NCBI RefSeq assembly: GCF_004010195.1
Contig: NC_057718.1
Coordinates: 49,687,239-49,751,238, forward strand
Direction: 5' to 3'
Length of the DNA stretch: 64,000 bases
From: Chiloscyllium plagiosum
Taxonomy: Eukaryota
Part shown: positions 1 to 12,891 of the stretch, one piece after another
How the letters are laid out: each line of letters opens with the position of its first letter
Position numbering within the stretch: position 1 is the stretch's first letter
Notes under the pieces: model-generated
Told to the model about the DNA's origin: nothing
Databases searched by the model: none
The model's input: only the letters and a program-made list of their open reading frames with translations
Translations under genes and position numbers: made by a program

Positions 1-1689
1 AAATCCCTTTAGTGGCTGTAAAGCCTGAAAATTAGGAATTACTTCATATCTCATTGTTTATCAAACAAATATTTCAGTGCTGATCACAATGTCATGCTGC
101 CAAGTAAATATTTTTTCCTATCCCGTTGGTATACTATATAAAATTATGTTTATTCATGCTTCTGCTATGGTGTAATCTAAGAACAATTAAATGAAAATAA
201 ATCAGCAGAAGTTTTCATGATTTTATTTGACAGGAGAATTCATTTCCAGCTTGAAAACTTCAGTGTCCACTCATACCAAGTATCTCCAACAATTAAGTTG
301 CTTGTAGTAAGGTCCCACAAAGAGCAGATTTATAACCAATGCAAAAATAGTTGGAGAAACTCAGCAGTACCTGTGAAGAGAAAGCAGAGTCAATGTTTTG
401 GCCCATTGACCCTCCTTCAGAACTGAAATTTATAACCTGTGAATCTGTGTTGGTGGGGTCGGCTGAGGGCAACCTACATACAGTACCATGCATCCTGTTT
501 ACAACAACAGCTTGCAGTTTTATCGGACTTTCAATGTACATCAAGATGTTATTAACAAAATTTAACACCAAATCACATAAGGAATTATAAGGGCAGATGA
601 CCAAAATACTTGGTTTATGAGATAGATTTTCAGAAGAGAAAAAGGGGAAAAGACAGGCAAATTGAATTCGGGATAGAATCCTGGAGCTCAATTGAAGACG
701 CAACCACCAATAGTGGAACACTTCAACTTGGGATTGTTCGTGAGGCCAGAACTAAAGGAGTGTAGCTATATTAGAGGATCATGTGGCTGATAGAAGTTAT
801 AAAGTTAAGGATAAGGAACATCATGAAGGGATTTGAAAACAAAGGTGAGAGTTTTAATATTTGGGGGATTGCTTTATGGGAAGTCACTCATGATCCTGAA
901 GCCAACTGTGCTCACTGTGAACGGTATAGCAACATAACTTACATCACAAAATGTAGACATTCAACATGATTTGTATCGTAAACACAGGGGTGATAAGTGA
1001 ATAGAATTTGGTGAGAATTAGGAGATAGGCACTGGTTAATGAAGAGGAGAATGTGGTCAGGCTGCCAAAATGACAGATTGTTTTAGAGATAACAAAGGCA
1101 TGAATGAGGACTACAACAGTCGATGAGCTGAGGCAGAGGAAGAGTTCAGTGACATAAGAGAAGAGGAACTAGGTGGTCTAAGTGATGCAGTGTTTATTTG
1201 GTTGAAAGTTCATCTCAGGTTTAAATATGACACTACATTTACGATGAGTTGCGGACAGTTGCTGAGGAGAGGGGTCTAATTAATGGCCAAAGAATTGAGT
1301 AGTTGTCATATTCAAGAGGTTATCAAAGTTGCAAAATCTTTCAATGAGTGGATGGATGGGAGAGCGAGAGGGTGACTGGGTGGCTGAGTGGTGTGCAGAT
1401 GAGTGGGTGGGTAGTTGAGTCAGTGTAGTTATTTGGTCAGTTGGAAGATGGACAGGTCATGTTGGAGTGGGGTAGTTGGTTTGTGCCAAGTCAAGGGTAC
1501 AGTTGGGTCAGAAAGTATTGGGGTCAGATTGGTGGGCAGTTCATCCAGGGTGGCAGCTGAATCAGTGAGTGATACAGTCGGAGGGTGTGGGGTTTCTAGG
1601 TTGGGTTATGTCAGGGGATGGTGTAATTGTGTTGAAGTAATCTTGTCAAAGGGCTGGTACCTGTCTTTTTTTAAAATTCCCACACGGAA

Positions 1690-2342
1690 TGCTGGCATCA
1701 CCAGCTCACCTCCCCCACCCCGGGGAAAAAACCTTGTGTATTCACCCTATCCATGCCCCTCATGATTTTATAAACCTTTAGAAGGTCGCCCCTCAGACTG
1801 CGATACTCCAGGGAAAATAGCCACAGCCTATTCAGCATCTTCCTGTAGCTCAAACCATCCAATCCTGGCAACATCCCTGTAAATCTCTTCTAAACCTTTT
1901 CAATTTTCATAACATCCTTTCTCTAGCAGGGAGATCGGAATTGCACACAAAAGTGGCCTATCCAATGTTCTGTACAGCTGCAACATGACCTCCCAACTCC
2001 TATACTCAATGCACTAGCCAATAAAAGCAAACATACCAAACACTTTCTTCACTATCCTGACTACCTGGGACTCAATTTTCAAGGAACTATGAATCTGCAC
2101 TCCAAGATCTCTTTGTTCAGCAACAGGACCTTACCATTAAGTACATGAATCTTGCTCCGATTTGCCTTTCTAAAATGCAGCACCCCATATTTATCTAAAT
2201 TAAACTCCATCTGCCACTCCTTACCCTATTTACCCATCTGATCAAGATCCCATTGTACTCTGAGGTAATCCTCTTCATGTTCACTCCACCTTCGATTTTG
2301 GTGTCATCTGCAAACTTACTAACCATACTCCTATATTCACAT
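1690..2342 (-). mobile_element. CR1-clade LINE, decayed 3' RT region
   Basis: Minus strand carries the CR1 RT motif SKFADDTKI (gtgtcatctgcaaacttact, ~2301-2320) and a GLFSLE..LRGDL-like segment (~1780-1830). Confidence 0.85.
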
Positions 2343-2878
2343 TCATAGAGTCATAGAGGCATAAGAGGTGTACAGCATGGAAACAGACCCTTCAGTTCAA
2401 CCTGTCCATGCCAACCAGATATCCCAACCAAATCTAGTCCCACCTGCCAGCACCCGGCCCATATCCCTCCAAACCCTTCCTATTCATATACACATCCAAA
2501 TGCCTCTTAAATGTTGCAATTGTACCAGCCTCCACCACATCCTCTGGCAGCTCATTCCATACACGTACCACCCTCTGCGTGAANNNNNNNNNNNNNNNNN
2601 NNNNNNNNNNNACTCTGACCAATAAAGGAAAGCATACCAAACGCCTTCTTCACTATCCTATCTACCTGTGACTCCACTTTCAAGGAGCTATGAACCTGCA
2701 CTCCAAGGTCCCTTTGTTCAGCAACACTCCCTAGGACCTTACCATTAAGTGTATAAGTCTTGCGAAGATTTACTTTCCCAAAATGCAGCACCTCGCATTT
2801 ATCTGAATTAAACTCCATCTACCACTTCTCGGCCCATTGGCCCATCTGGTCCAGATCCTGTTGTAATCTGAGGTAACC
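2343..2878 (-). mobile_element. CR1 LINE 3' end with (catagagt)-type tail, spanning an N gap
   Basis: ORFs MEFNSDKCEVLHFGK...QRDLGVQVHSSLKV and FTQRVVRVWNELPEDVVEAGT; short tandem tail at 2344-2366. Confidence 0.9.
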
Positions 2879-2879
2879 C

Positions 2880-3125
2880 GAAGAGCAGTGTATCTGCTGA
2901 TCTTGTCATTGTAGATGGAAGTGTTTGTGGGTTTGGAAGTTGCTTTGTGGCCTTAGTGAATTTCGCAGTCCATTTTATGGATGGTACATGCTGCTTCTGA
3001 TGATGAGTGTCAGTGGTGCAGGGAGTGGATGCTTGTGGATGTGGTGCCAATCAAGTGACTGCTTTGTTCTGTATAGTGTCAAACTTTTTAAGTGTTGTTG
3101 GGGCTGCATTCATCCCCAGGCATCC
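2880..3125 (-). mobile_element. Fragment of a second non-LTR retrotransposon family (as at 9230-10730)
   Basis: Reverse complement resembles 10330-10490 (gcagcatgtaccatccataaaatggactgc vs gcaacagtgtgaaccatctttaagatgaattgc). Confidence 0.55.
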
Positions 3126-3584
3126 AGCTGTAGAACCTACTCATGGGAGACATCTTCCTTTAAATTGGTGCAGGATAAGCCCCTTTGGCAAGAGTCCATT
3201 ATTCATCCCATATTCTGATTGTTAGCTGACAGGGAACTTGCCACCTTCTTCTTTCTGTTGACCACACCTGTTGCAAACTTTTGTTTCTCTCTTTCTCTCT
3301 CTTCTGTCCAAAAATTTAGAGACCAAAACGCTGTTGCTGTTGTTGTTAGGAGTAAATAATTTGCATATTTTTCCTATTCTTTCTAAACTGTCCCAACTCC
3401 CCTTATATTTAAACTTTACTGTCATATTTACAAAAGTCCTTATCACCATTACCTACACTATTTACATATCTTAATATACCTCCTTACTAATACCTCAAAG
3501 ATCCTGTGCTTTAGAGGAAAAGTTTCATTATCCTCCTGGAATATGTACTGAGACACTTTTGACATTGTGGAAGGTTTCTACATG

Positions 3585-3881
3585 TAGTCACAGAGTCATA
3601 CAGCATGGAAACAAACCCTTTGGTTCAACCAATCCATAATCCCAAACTAAACTAGTCCTACGTGCCTGCTCCTGGCCCCTATCTCTCCAAACCTTTCCTA
3701 ATCATGCATCTATCCAAATGTTTTTTAAACATTGTAACTGTACCCACATCCATCGCTTCCTCAGGAAGTTCATTCCACACGTGAACCACCCTCTATGTAA
3801 TACGTTTGCCTCTTCATGTTTTATTAAAATCTCTCTCCTATCACCTTAAAAATGTGACCCTAGTCTTGAAAACCCCCTATC
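3585..3881 (-). mobile_element. CR1 LINE 3' terminal fragment
   Basis: Same 3' UTR as other CR1 ends (cagcatggaaaca...ccctt; gttcattccacac). Confidence 0.75.
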
Positions 3882-4063
3882 TTAGATTAGATTAGATTAG
3901 ATTAGATTACAGTACAGTGTGGAAACAGGCCCTTCGGCCCAACAAGTCCACACCGACCCGCCGAAGCGCAACCCACCCATACCCCTACATTTACCCCTTA
4001 CCTAACACTACGGGCAATTTAGCATGGCCAATTCACCTGACCTGCACATCTTTGGACTGTGGG
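3882..4063 (-). mobile_element. HE1/V-SINE-like SINE, 3' half with (ttaga)n tail
   Basis: Matches the reverse complement of the full SINE copies (e.g. 39177-39488); ttagattagattag tail. Confidence 0.85.
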
Positions 4064-5524
4064 AGTTATATGAAAATATTTTGGTTTATTCTATTTTGTC
4101 TTCATAACTTTTCCATAATAAACTTCGGTTTTATTGATAAACTTGAGTCTGCAGCATTACATTTCTGTGTTTCAGTGAAAGATTACCTTGTTAAAGCAAA
4201 AAAGAATTATCAAGCCAGCTGTCTGTCTGGGATTTGACTTGCCAGTAACAAAATCAGCTGTGATCATAACAGCATTAAATAGACTGTAAGTGTCCTTTAA
4301 GGTAAAAATCTATAACTACTATATGCTCTTCAAATAAATGAATGGCTGCCTTCCATTTGAGGTTGCAAGTCAGATGTTAAGATTTGCTTGATTGACAGGT
4401 CAACTGATAATTTGGAGTCATTGAAATACCAATATATATGCAGAATGGGAACATGAACCACTCAACATTTTAAGATTACTTTTCAACTGCAGGAAAGAAA
4501 GCTGTGGGCAACAGATAGCAAGTGTCTTCTTAACTTGCAATTGATCCCTTAAAGGTTGAGCAAGTGAAAGCTGCAATTGGGAATCAATCAATCAGAAATA
4601 ATAACACAATCAATAACAACAAAATTCAAATGAACTGGCTTCTAAATTAGAATGGTACCGAGGTAGTGCACTAAAATATTATAGAAAATAAGACTTATAA
4701 CTATACATACCAGCAAGTGTAATGATATTCCCATTGGGATACCCATGACATTGTATATGGTGAGTTGTAGAATACATTGTTTCATGAGATACAACATACA
4801 TGATCTGCATTGCTGATATAAAATGACTGCATACCTAGAATGATGTTTGCATTATACAATATTGCAGTAATGTTAGTGATATATTCCAGTCCTAATATTG
4901 TGATCATGTCCATCATGTACAGTACTGAGTAACAGGAGAGCAGAATAACCCTCGCATATATTCAGAAATGATGAAGACTTTGTTTGAGACTAGTGCAGCA
5001 GAAATGCTAATGGTGTGAAAATGATGTGAGATTGATATTATGTGTGGAAGGACTGGTATGGAGAAGCAGGATGCAAGAAATTTATGGATGTGGTTTCTGG
5101 ATGTGACAGTAAAGCAACGTGGCTGGAGGGGTTTGGAAGCAATGGGCAAGGAGATTAGGCCTGAATCCATTACTAAGAGGTTTAGGACAATTGGGAGTTT
5201 ACAAAATATAACAGCACTGGAGAAGGAGATTGAATATCTGCTGGAACTTTGGAAGATAGATTATGGGTCTGAATGAGGAAAATCTGAAATTATTGACAGA
5301 AGTATACAACGTGATTATGGTGGAGGGACCTGGTAATATGTGCTGGAAAATCCAGTGATGAGGACAGAGAAGATTGAGTCCTCACTTTCCTAAAATATTT
5401 ACAATTGGGTTTCCCAAAACTGAACTGCTATATTAGTTAAAGCACATGTGCTTTTATTGGCAAATAAAATATAAAAATTCAACACCCATCAAACATTGTA
5501 TACATATCTTTAATCTATTTAAGA

Positions 5525-6170
5525 CCATTAGAATATAAGAAATAAGAGAGGAAGTAAGGCCATTCAGCCCATCGAGTCCACTCTGCCATTCAATTATGGC
5601 TGATGGGCATTTCAATGCCACTTACCCGCACTCTCCCTGTATCCCTTAATTCCTTGCGGGATTAAGAATTTATCAATCTCTGCCTCAAAGACATTTAATG
5701 TCCCGGCCTCCACTGCACTCTGTGGCAGTGAATTCCACAGGCCCACCACTCTCTGGCTGAAGAAATGTCTCATTTCCATTTTAAATTGACCCCCTTCTAA
5801 TTCTAAGGCTGTGCCCACGAGTCCTAGTATCCCTGCCTGACGGAATCAATTTCCTAGCATCCACCCTTTCTAAGCCATGCATTATCTTGTAAGATTCTAT
5901 TAGATCTCCCCTCAACCTTCTGAACTCTAATAAATACAATCCCAGAATCCTCAGCTGTTCATCATATGTTAGGCCTACCATTCCAGGGATCATCCGTGTG
6001 AATCTCCACTGGACACGCTCCAGTGGCAGTATGGCTTTCCTGAGGTGTGGGGCCCGAAATTGGACACAGTATTCTAAATAGGGCCTAACCAGACCTTTAT
6101 AAATCTTAATAGCACCTCACTGCTTTTACATTCTAATCCTCTTGAAATAAATGACAACATTAAATTTGCT
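5525..6170 (-). mobile_element. CR1 LINE 3' fragment
   Basis: ORFs LGLYLLEFRRLRGDLIESYKIM and FFSQRVVGLWNSLPQSAVEAG. Confidence 0.9.
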
Positions 6171-7284
6171 AACTTTACCACCCCCCCACTCAAATTTAGC
6201 ATCTCTTGTCATTTTCCTAACTGCATTCCATATACAATTTGACTTAAAACATTCAAGCCCTCCAGAAATGCAGATTATCTAGGTTAACTCAAGAACTTGT
6301 TTGCCAACATGAACTTAATAGAACAATATCTAATAAAATATATAACTTTTTGTGTATGGAGGAAACATAATCCTGCCAGTGAGTAAATGGTTTTCAAAAA
6401 AGTAATATGTATTGCTATTTGTGTGAAAAGTATAAAGCATGCATGAATTTAGGTCAGGAACATACATTTCTGGAGGAGATGAGATGAGTAGATGAGGCAA
6501 ATGAATAGGGTGAGAGTAAAGATTCTCAACATAGGGGCAAACTTTGTGGTTACATTCTCCAATTTTAAAGTCCAGGTCAGTGTTCGTGAGTGCAGGTTTT
6601 AGGAAGCTGATCATATTAAAACATATCAGAATGAATTTACTTCTACCCAGTTTTGAAAAACAAGGAAGTGATGACGGCTTCAAATGATGGTTACATTGAG
6701 GTGTGTGACCTATAAGTACAAGCAAAGCAGCTAAGGAGAGGAGGCAGATTGTATGTGTGAGGAATAGGGCACTAAAGTAGCTAATGGAGGCAGGTTGGCT
6801 GTGTCTATAGAGCTGGATAGAGTGAAAATGGCGAAGGAGAGGGAAGATCAGTATAGCAGGGATAGAGCACTATCTAGACAAGTATGTTGCATCGTCTAAG
6901 CAAGGATGGAGCAAGTCGGTGTGGTCTGTAAGCTGGAGAATGTTTTCATCACTTCAGTGTCCATCACTGAGGAGGTCATTCCTACTAACCAGGTAGTCAG
7001 CCCATTGACTATCTGAATGACCCTTAATTTCCTGAAAATCTTTTGTGGAGGAATTCTTCTCTCTGATCAAGGCGAAGTTATCCCACAACATCATCTGGAC
7101 CATCTTGAATCTCATGAATTTCCGTCAAGTTGAAGCAGATATTTTATCTCATGCAGTTTCCTATATTTGTGGAGCTGGCAATTTCTTGTTGATCATGTCC
7201 TGGATCTTAAATTGGACATATTTATTTACCTTCTTTGGTTATGTAAATGACGAGCCCAACATATTCCCATCATCAGTCACAGTA

Positions 7285-7520
7285 CAGCAGCATGGTGACT
7301 CAGTGGTTGGCACTGCTGCCTCACAGCACCAGGGAGCGACTGTCTGTCCTGCCCACTATGTCCAAGAGTCTGCAGGCTGGGTAGATTAGCCATGGGAAAT
7401 GCAGGGTTGGGGGATAGGGTAGAGAAGTGCATCTGGATGGGATGCTTTTCAGAGGATTGGTGTGGACTTGATAGGCTGAATGGCCTGCTTTCACACTGTA
7501 AGGATTCTAAAATTCTAATA
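7285..7520 (+). mobile_element. Decayed HE1/V-SINE-like SINE
   Basis: tRNA-like head gcatggtgactcagtggttggcactgctgcctcacagcacc; CR1-like tail. Confidence 0.7.
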
Positions 7521-8359
7521 AATATTCCTTTTGAATTTCTATTGATTCATCATCTGAAATCAAATTTGAATCCATTATCACAGTTTGTTCACCAGGCTGT
7601 CTTGCTGCATGGATGATTTTAGTTAAAGCTTGAACAATAATTTCAAGTGTGTTGGACTGCTCATTCTTTTCCTCCTTACCTGAATCTTCTTGTAAACTTT
7701 GCTGGTTTCTGTCATCTGAATTTTATTTACTGATGATAAAACTGTTTCTCAGTCCTAATAGCCCTGTTTAATCACAGATTTCACAATACATTCTGAAATC
7801 TTCAGTCTCTCTTCAGAGGTCTAGCTTCCACAGAGCCAACTGAGGCCTGGGTGTGCACTTTGATTTCCTAAGTGTCGCAGGTGCATCATTCCATGTTTTT
7901 GCTTTCAGCACAGTCTGAATGAATTTCTCTGAAGTCAGATCTTCTTTCTACTGCAAGAAATCTGACAAAGACTTATTAATATTTCAATCCACGATTCTGT
8001 TACTTAAACATTTTATTTCAAAACTCTTGAATCCAGTTTTTCACAAATCTGTAGAGAATATTGCTGAACTAAGATAAGGAAGACCTTAAATTTTGAACTC
8101 TTCTGTTAAATCATGGTCTTTCAAGAATTTTCATATTATTGTCCAAAAGCGTGGAGAACTCCATCAAAAGCAACTATGCCTTGATTCGTGACTTGATGAG
8201 CGATAATGAGGTCACTTGCTGATTCTATTGTGTTCACTAGATTACCATTTAGTCATCTTCTTAGATTTTGTCTGTTTTGGCGGCAAATCTACAACTTAAG
8301 AACTATTGTCCTTAAGATGACCAAGCCTGTGTTCTATTTCTCTCACGTCTGGGGGGAAA

Positions 8360-9188
8360 GGACCTCCCCTGCATCTCCTCCACTTCCCGCTCCTCCGCCC
8401 TTGAGCCCCGCCCCTCCAATCGCCACCAGGGCAGAACCCCACTGGTCCTCACCTACCACCCCACCAACCTCCACATACACCGTATCATCCGTCGTCATTT
8501 CCGCCACCTACAAACGGACCCCACCTCCAGGGATATATTTCCCTCCCCATCCCTATCCGCTTTCCACAAAGACTGTTCCCTCCATGACTACCTGNNNNNN
8601 NNNNNNNNNNNNNNNNNNNNNNNNNNNNNNNNNNNNNNNNNNNNNNNNNNNNNNNNNNNNNNNNNNNNNNNNNNNNNNNNNNNNNNNNNNNNNNNNNNNN
8701 NNNNNNNNNNNNNNNNNNNNNNNNNNNNNNNNNNNNNNNNNNNNNNNNNNNNNNNNNNNNNNNNNNNNNNNNNNNNNNNNNNNNNNNNNNNNNNNNNNNN
8801 NNNNNNNNNNNNNNNNNNNNNNNNNNNNNNNNNNNNNNNNNNNNNNNNNNNNNNNNNNNNNNNNNNNNNNNNNNNNNNNNNNNNNNNNNNNNNNNNNNNN
8901 NNNNNNNNNNNNNNNNNNNNNNNNNNNNNNNNNNNNNNNNNNNNNNNNNNNNNNNNNNNNNNNNNNNNACCTCCTTCCACCTATCGCATTTCCAACGCCC
9001 CTCCCCCAAGTCCCTCCTCCCTACCTTTTATCTTAGCCTGCTGGACACACTTTCCTCATTCCTGAAGAAGGGCTCATGCCCGAAACGTCGATTCTCCTTT
9101 TCCTTGGATGCTGCCTGACCTGCTGCGCTTTTCCAGCAACACATTTTCAGCTCTGATCTCCAGCATCTGCAGTCCTCACTTACTCCTC
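8360..9188 (+). mobile_element. Penelope-like element (Neptune-like), 3' part with pseudo-LTR, spanning an N gap
   Basis: Translates RTPLVLTYHPTNLHIHRIIRRHFRHLQTDP, typical of the PLE RT C-terminal region; pLTR with hammerhead core ends ...cagcatctgcagtcctcact. Confidence 0.8.
9056..9095 (+). ncRNA. Minimal type I hammerhead ribozyme motif
   Basis: CTGAAGA (9062) - gggc/tcat/gccc stem II - GAAA (9082) - CGTC. Confidence 0.75.
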
Positions 9189-9229
9189 GTACCAAGTGGA
9201 TAATCTATCTCAGCTTCCACTTTAGGTGC

Positions 9230-10730
9230 TCAGCATCACAGAGGCCAGTCTTCAGAAAATTTGATTCACGCCATGTGATAGCAAGGAATGATCAGAGGGC
9301 TTTGGTGCTCTGAAATTAATTGTACTCCTGTCATAGCTGTTTCTATACTGCGAAAGCACTAGCATTCACCCAGAGATAACATAAATTGCCCAGGTATGTC
9401 TGGTCCATAAAAAGGAGAACCTATCCAATCTACTGAATGACCACCTCAATTGACCAGTCTCAATTGTAAATGAAGTGATGGGAAAAGTCATCAATAGACG
9501 CATCAGTTGGCACTTACTGAACCACAACTTTCTCACTGACTGTTAGTCAGTTTGAATTCCCCAAGGGCTATTCAGTTCCATACTTTATTAAAACTTTGAC
9601 TAAAATATAGAGGAATGAGCTGCTTTCCAGAGGTGAAGTGAGAGAGATTGTCAGCAGTACTACCAGAGTTCATCGAGGAGCCCAAGCAAAATTGAAATCA
9701 ATAAAAATCATGAGGAGGGCTGATGGAATTTCCTACTGATTGGAATATCATCAAGCAAAGTAGATGATTGTAATTGCTGAAGGTCAATCCTCTTAAGCCT
9801 ATGGTATCACAGCAGGTGTTCCTCAGTTTAGTGTCTTAGACCCTCACTTGCAGCTGCTTCATCAGTGATCTTTCTTTGAACATAAGTTCATAAGTGAGGA
9901 TGTTTTCTGATGATTGTACAGATTTCAATATTGCTTACATCTTCTCAAATATTGAAACAGACTCTGCTCATATGCAGTGTGACCTGGGCAACATTCAGGT
10001 TTGGGCTGATAAGTGTTAAGTAACATTTATACCTCATCGATGCTAGGTAATGACCATTTCCAACAAGACAGAATCTAACCATCATTCATGATGTTCAATA
10101 GCAATACCATCACTGAATCACTCACCATCTAATGGGTTTAGCAGAAACCTAACTCAGCCATCTAAATATAGACTGTGCCTTCAGGAACAGAAATCCTGCT
10201 GTAAATATCTTATCTGCTGAATTCTCAAAGCCAGTTCATGATCTACAAGGCACAATGCCACAATGCAATGGAAGATTCTACATTTGCCTGGTTGAGAGCA
10301 GCTCCATCCAATATAAAGCAGCCTGCTTAATCAGCACTCAGCAACCCCCTCAAATATTCATTCCCTTTAGCTTTGACATACAATGGCAACAGTGTGAACC
10401 ATCTTTAAGATGAATTGCAGCAACTTGCCAAGTCTTTCAACAGTAGCATCCAAATTTGTGGCTTTTATCACTTAGAAGGACAAGAACAGAAGTCACAACT
10501 TGGAAGCTTTTCATCAAGTCACACATCACCCTGATGTGGAACTTTATTATTGTCCTTCACGATCATTGAGTCAAAATCCTGGAACTTCCTTGTGGATATA
10601 TCTGTCCTGAAGAGATTGTAATAGTTCAAGAAGGTTGTTCACCAAGACTTTCTCAAAGATAATTAGAAATGTACAAAACATGTTGCCCATTCACATGATG
10701 TCCACATTCCAAGTAGGACTGAAAAACAGC
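9230..10730 (+). mobile_element. Old non-LTR retrotransposon (CR1/L2 group, second family), decayed RT and 3' end
   Basis: RT motifs GVPQFSVLDP (~9815-9844) and VRMFSDDC (~9894-9917); many stops; 3' end resembles the SINE tail at 40720-40780. Confidence 0.7.
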
Positions 10731-12202
10731 CAAAAATAAAAATGGAATTCAAACCTTGGATGCACCTTCACAGATGTATTTTCAGATGTGAGTTCTTATT
10801 CTAGGTTTATGACCTTTAATACTTTTATATTTTTGTATTGCTTGGAAAAATCTGTTAACACTCCATATGATGGGTGGTCTAGTCAGAAGTGAATAAAGGC
10901 TGGGAGCAAATAAGTGCAATTCTTGCAGTTTTTTTGAAAAAAATACTGTTTAATTTAAGGGACAGGAATAACAACTGGGTGTTGAAGTTACTGAAGATCT
11001 GCAAGATAGGTTAGGTAGTGACATCTGGAAGGTCCCTTGGGAATAATTAGTAAGGGCATCCAAAGGTTGTATTCCTCATTGAGTAGATGATGTATTAACA
11101 GTAGAGGGATCAGAAAAGATTGCAGGAACTTGAGCGAACTTAAATTTAATTAGTTCAGTTAAGTGGTCCATTCAGAACCTAGTTTTGCTGATTCTTCTTT
11201 CACATGTAGGAAGTGTGTAAAGCTTGGATTTAAAACTACAAAGAAATCTCTACTTTACTCTTTGAAACCTTCCTTGTTAAAAAAAGCTACAGTTAATCAT
11301 GTGAGACTGTTTGCTGCAGAACACATATGAATGTTCCTGAAGTCTGCCTTCATTGTACTGCTTCACACTGGCACTGCAGTTATGTTAACGTGAAAGTAAT
11401 GTGTGGTCTAACATGAAAAATAAGTCTGATGCAGCACAGTGACAAACAAACATAAAACTAAAAAAGGCTAAACAAGGCTGAATTTCTCCCTCAACATATC
11501 ATCCTTCTGCAGGTCCCTCTACATCTCCTTGACGAATATTGTCTTTAATAAGTTGCGGCCATATCTATACCCATCAGATTCATGCAATACAAATGATGAT
11601 GATGGATGTTATACAAAAGTGACCATAGGCATGGAAATTATTTTATTAGTTGTAGACTCTGTCAAAGCAATATGCTGGTGGAGAGATTAAATCTGCATTT
11701 TTGCATTTATCTTTTACATCTTGAGACTGGCAGTTTCAAATTTCTTTATACCTAAACTCCCAGGGCTCTGATTCCTAGCAGTGCATAAAGGCACTAACGA
11801 TCCTTCAAAGAAGTCAAGGTAAGATCATGAGCTAAAATGACACTTCGCCCTCAGTTAATGTAAGGTCTTGGAAAAGAAATTGAAATGTAATCTTGGCGCT
11901 TATTAAATCACTCAATGTCACTAAAATACCTGCTTGTGCTCACTACATAGTCTGCCTTGCTTTTTAGTAGAGAGCACTTCAACTAAAAATGACTGTTTGG
12001 GAACAGAGGATTAATCATGGTTTCACCATTACTTAGAAAGGTAAACATCTTCTCATGTTTATTGCTGCTAAAACTGTGAAGAAGATTGCTGAAACACAGC
12101 GGGGCACTTTCTGCGACATTTGTTTTAGACTTCATTAATACTTAAGGAATATTTATTCGGCAAATTATCTGACAAACTCACCTGTAAAAATCGAATAAAG
12201 TG

Positions 12203-12778
12203 TGTAGGTATATGGCTTGGTGGGAGCGGCCTCGGTTGCGGTCGGGGGAACGAGATAAACAGCAATGGTGTTACCGCCCTGTGCGTACAGATACGGGATG
12301 TGTGGTGCTCTCTGGTTGCAAGAGGACGTCACGTGGAAACTGTTTCGCGCACAAGCGGAGGTCACGTGGAGACTGTTTCGTAGGCAGAAGGAGGTCACAT
12401 GGGGTTAGACATCCAGGAACGCGAGAAGGCGGAGAATGGAGTCAGATCAACAGCCAATCAGAAGACAATCCCTACGGGATGTGTGGAGACTGTTTTGCGT
12501 GCAAGAGGAGGTCACATGGGGTAAGAAATCCAGGAACGCGAGAAGGCAGAGAATGGAGTCAGATCAACAGCCAATCAGAAGACAATCCCACCTCAGTGAT
12601 TGCATGACGTTCTGTACTGTATAAAAGACTGGGTCAGGGACAGGAATAGGTCGGACTTCGTGAACTGACACACTTTGCTGTTTGTCAGGGACGGGAAGAC
12701 CTATTCATTGAAAGAACACGCAGGACCCGGCTCACACATAGAGGAAAGTAAGCTGGTAGATTGAGCCAAAGTCCAACA
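12203..12778 (+). repeat. ERV 5' LTR (576 bp)
   Basis: Starts tgtaggtatatggcttgg, ends agtccaaca; direct repeat of 18330-18845; two CCAAT boxes (agccaatcag) and TATAAAA at 12620. Confidence 0.95.
12620..12626 (+). promoter_or_regulatory. LTR TATA box (3' LTR copy at 18608-18614)
   Basis: TATAAAA about 50 nt downstream of a CCAAT box in both LTRs. Confidence 0.75.
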
Positions 12779-12781
12779 ATT

Positions 12782-12799
12782 TGGTGACCCCGACGTGAT
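12782..12799 (+). promoter_or_regulatory. Primer-binding site complementary to the tRNA-Trp 3' end
   Basis: TGGTGACCCCGACGTGAT just after the 5' LTR; I recognise it as the tRNA-Trp PBS 18-mer of avian sarcoma/leukosis viruses. Confidence 0.9.
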
Positions 12800-12882
12800 G
12801 AAGACGGAGAAGTGACGGAAAAAAAGAGAGAAAAATAGAAACAATGGACAACTGATGACAACAACAAGCGGCGCCACATAAA

Positions 12883-12891
12883 AAGGTGAGC
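12883..12891 (+). promoter_or_regulatory. Putative major splice donor (AAG|GTGAGC)
   Basis: Consensus donor ~85 nt downstream of the PBS; pairs logically with the acceptor at 17871. Confidence 0.5.

Noticed and set aside
293..721. 142-aa minus-strand ORF as a host exon
   Set aside because: Overlaps a decayed PLE pLTR tail (~340-430) and probable old LINE sequence; no recognisable domain.
1340..1650. G/T-rich stretch with a 116-aa ORF
   Set aside because: Low-complexity composition explains the ORF; no clear periodicity or domain.
12200..12624. ORFs within the LTRs as accessory genes
   Set aside because: Non-ATG or weak starts, repetitive peptides derived from U3 repeats, and frames differ between the two LTRs.
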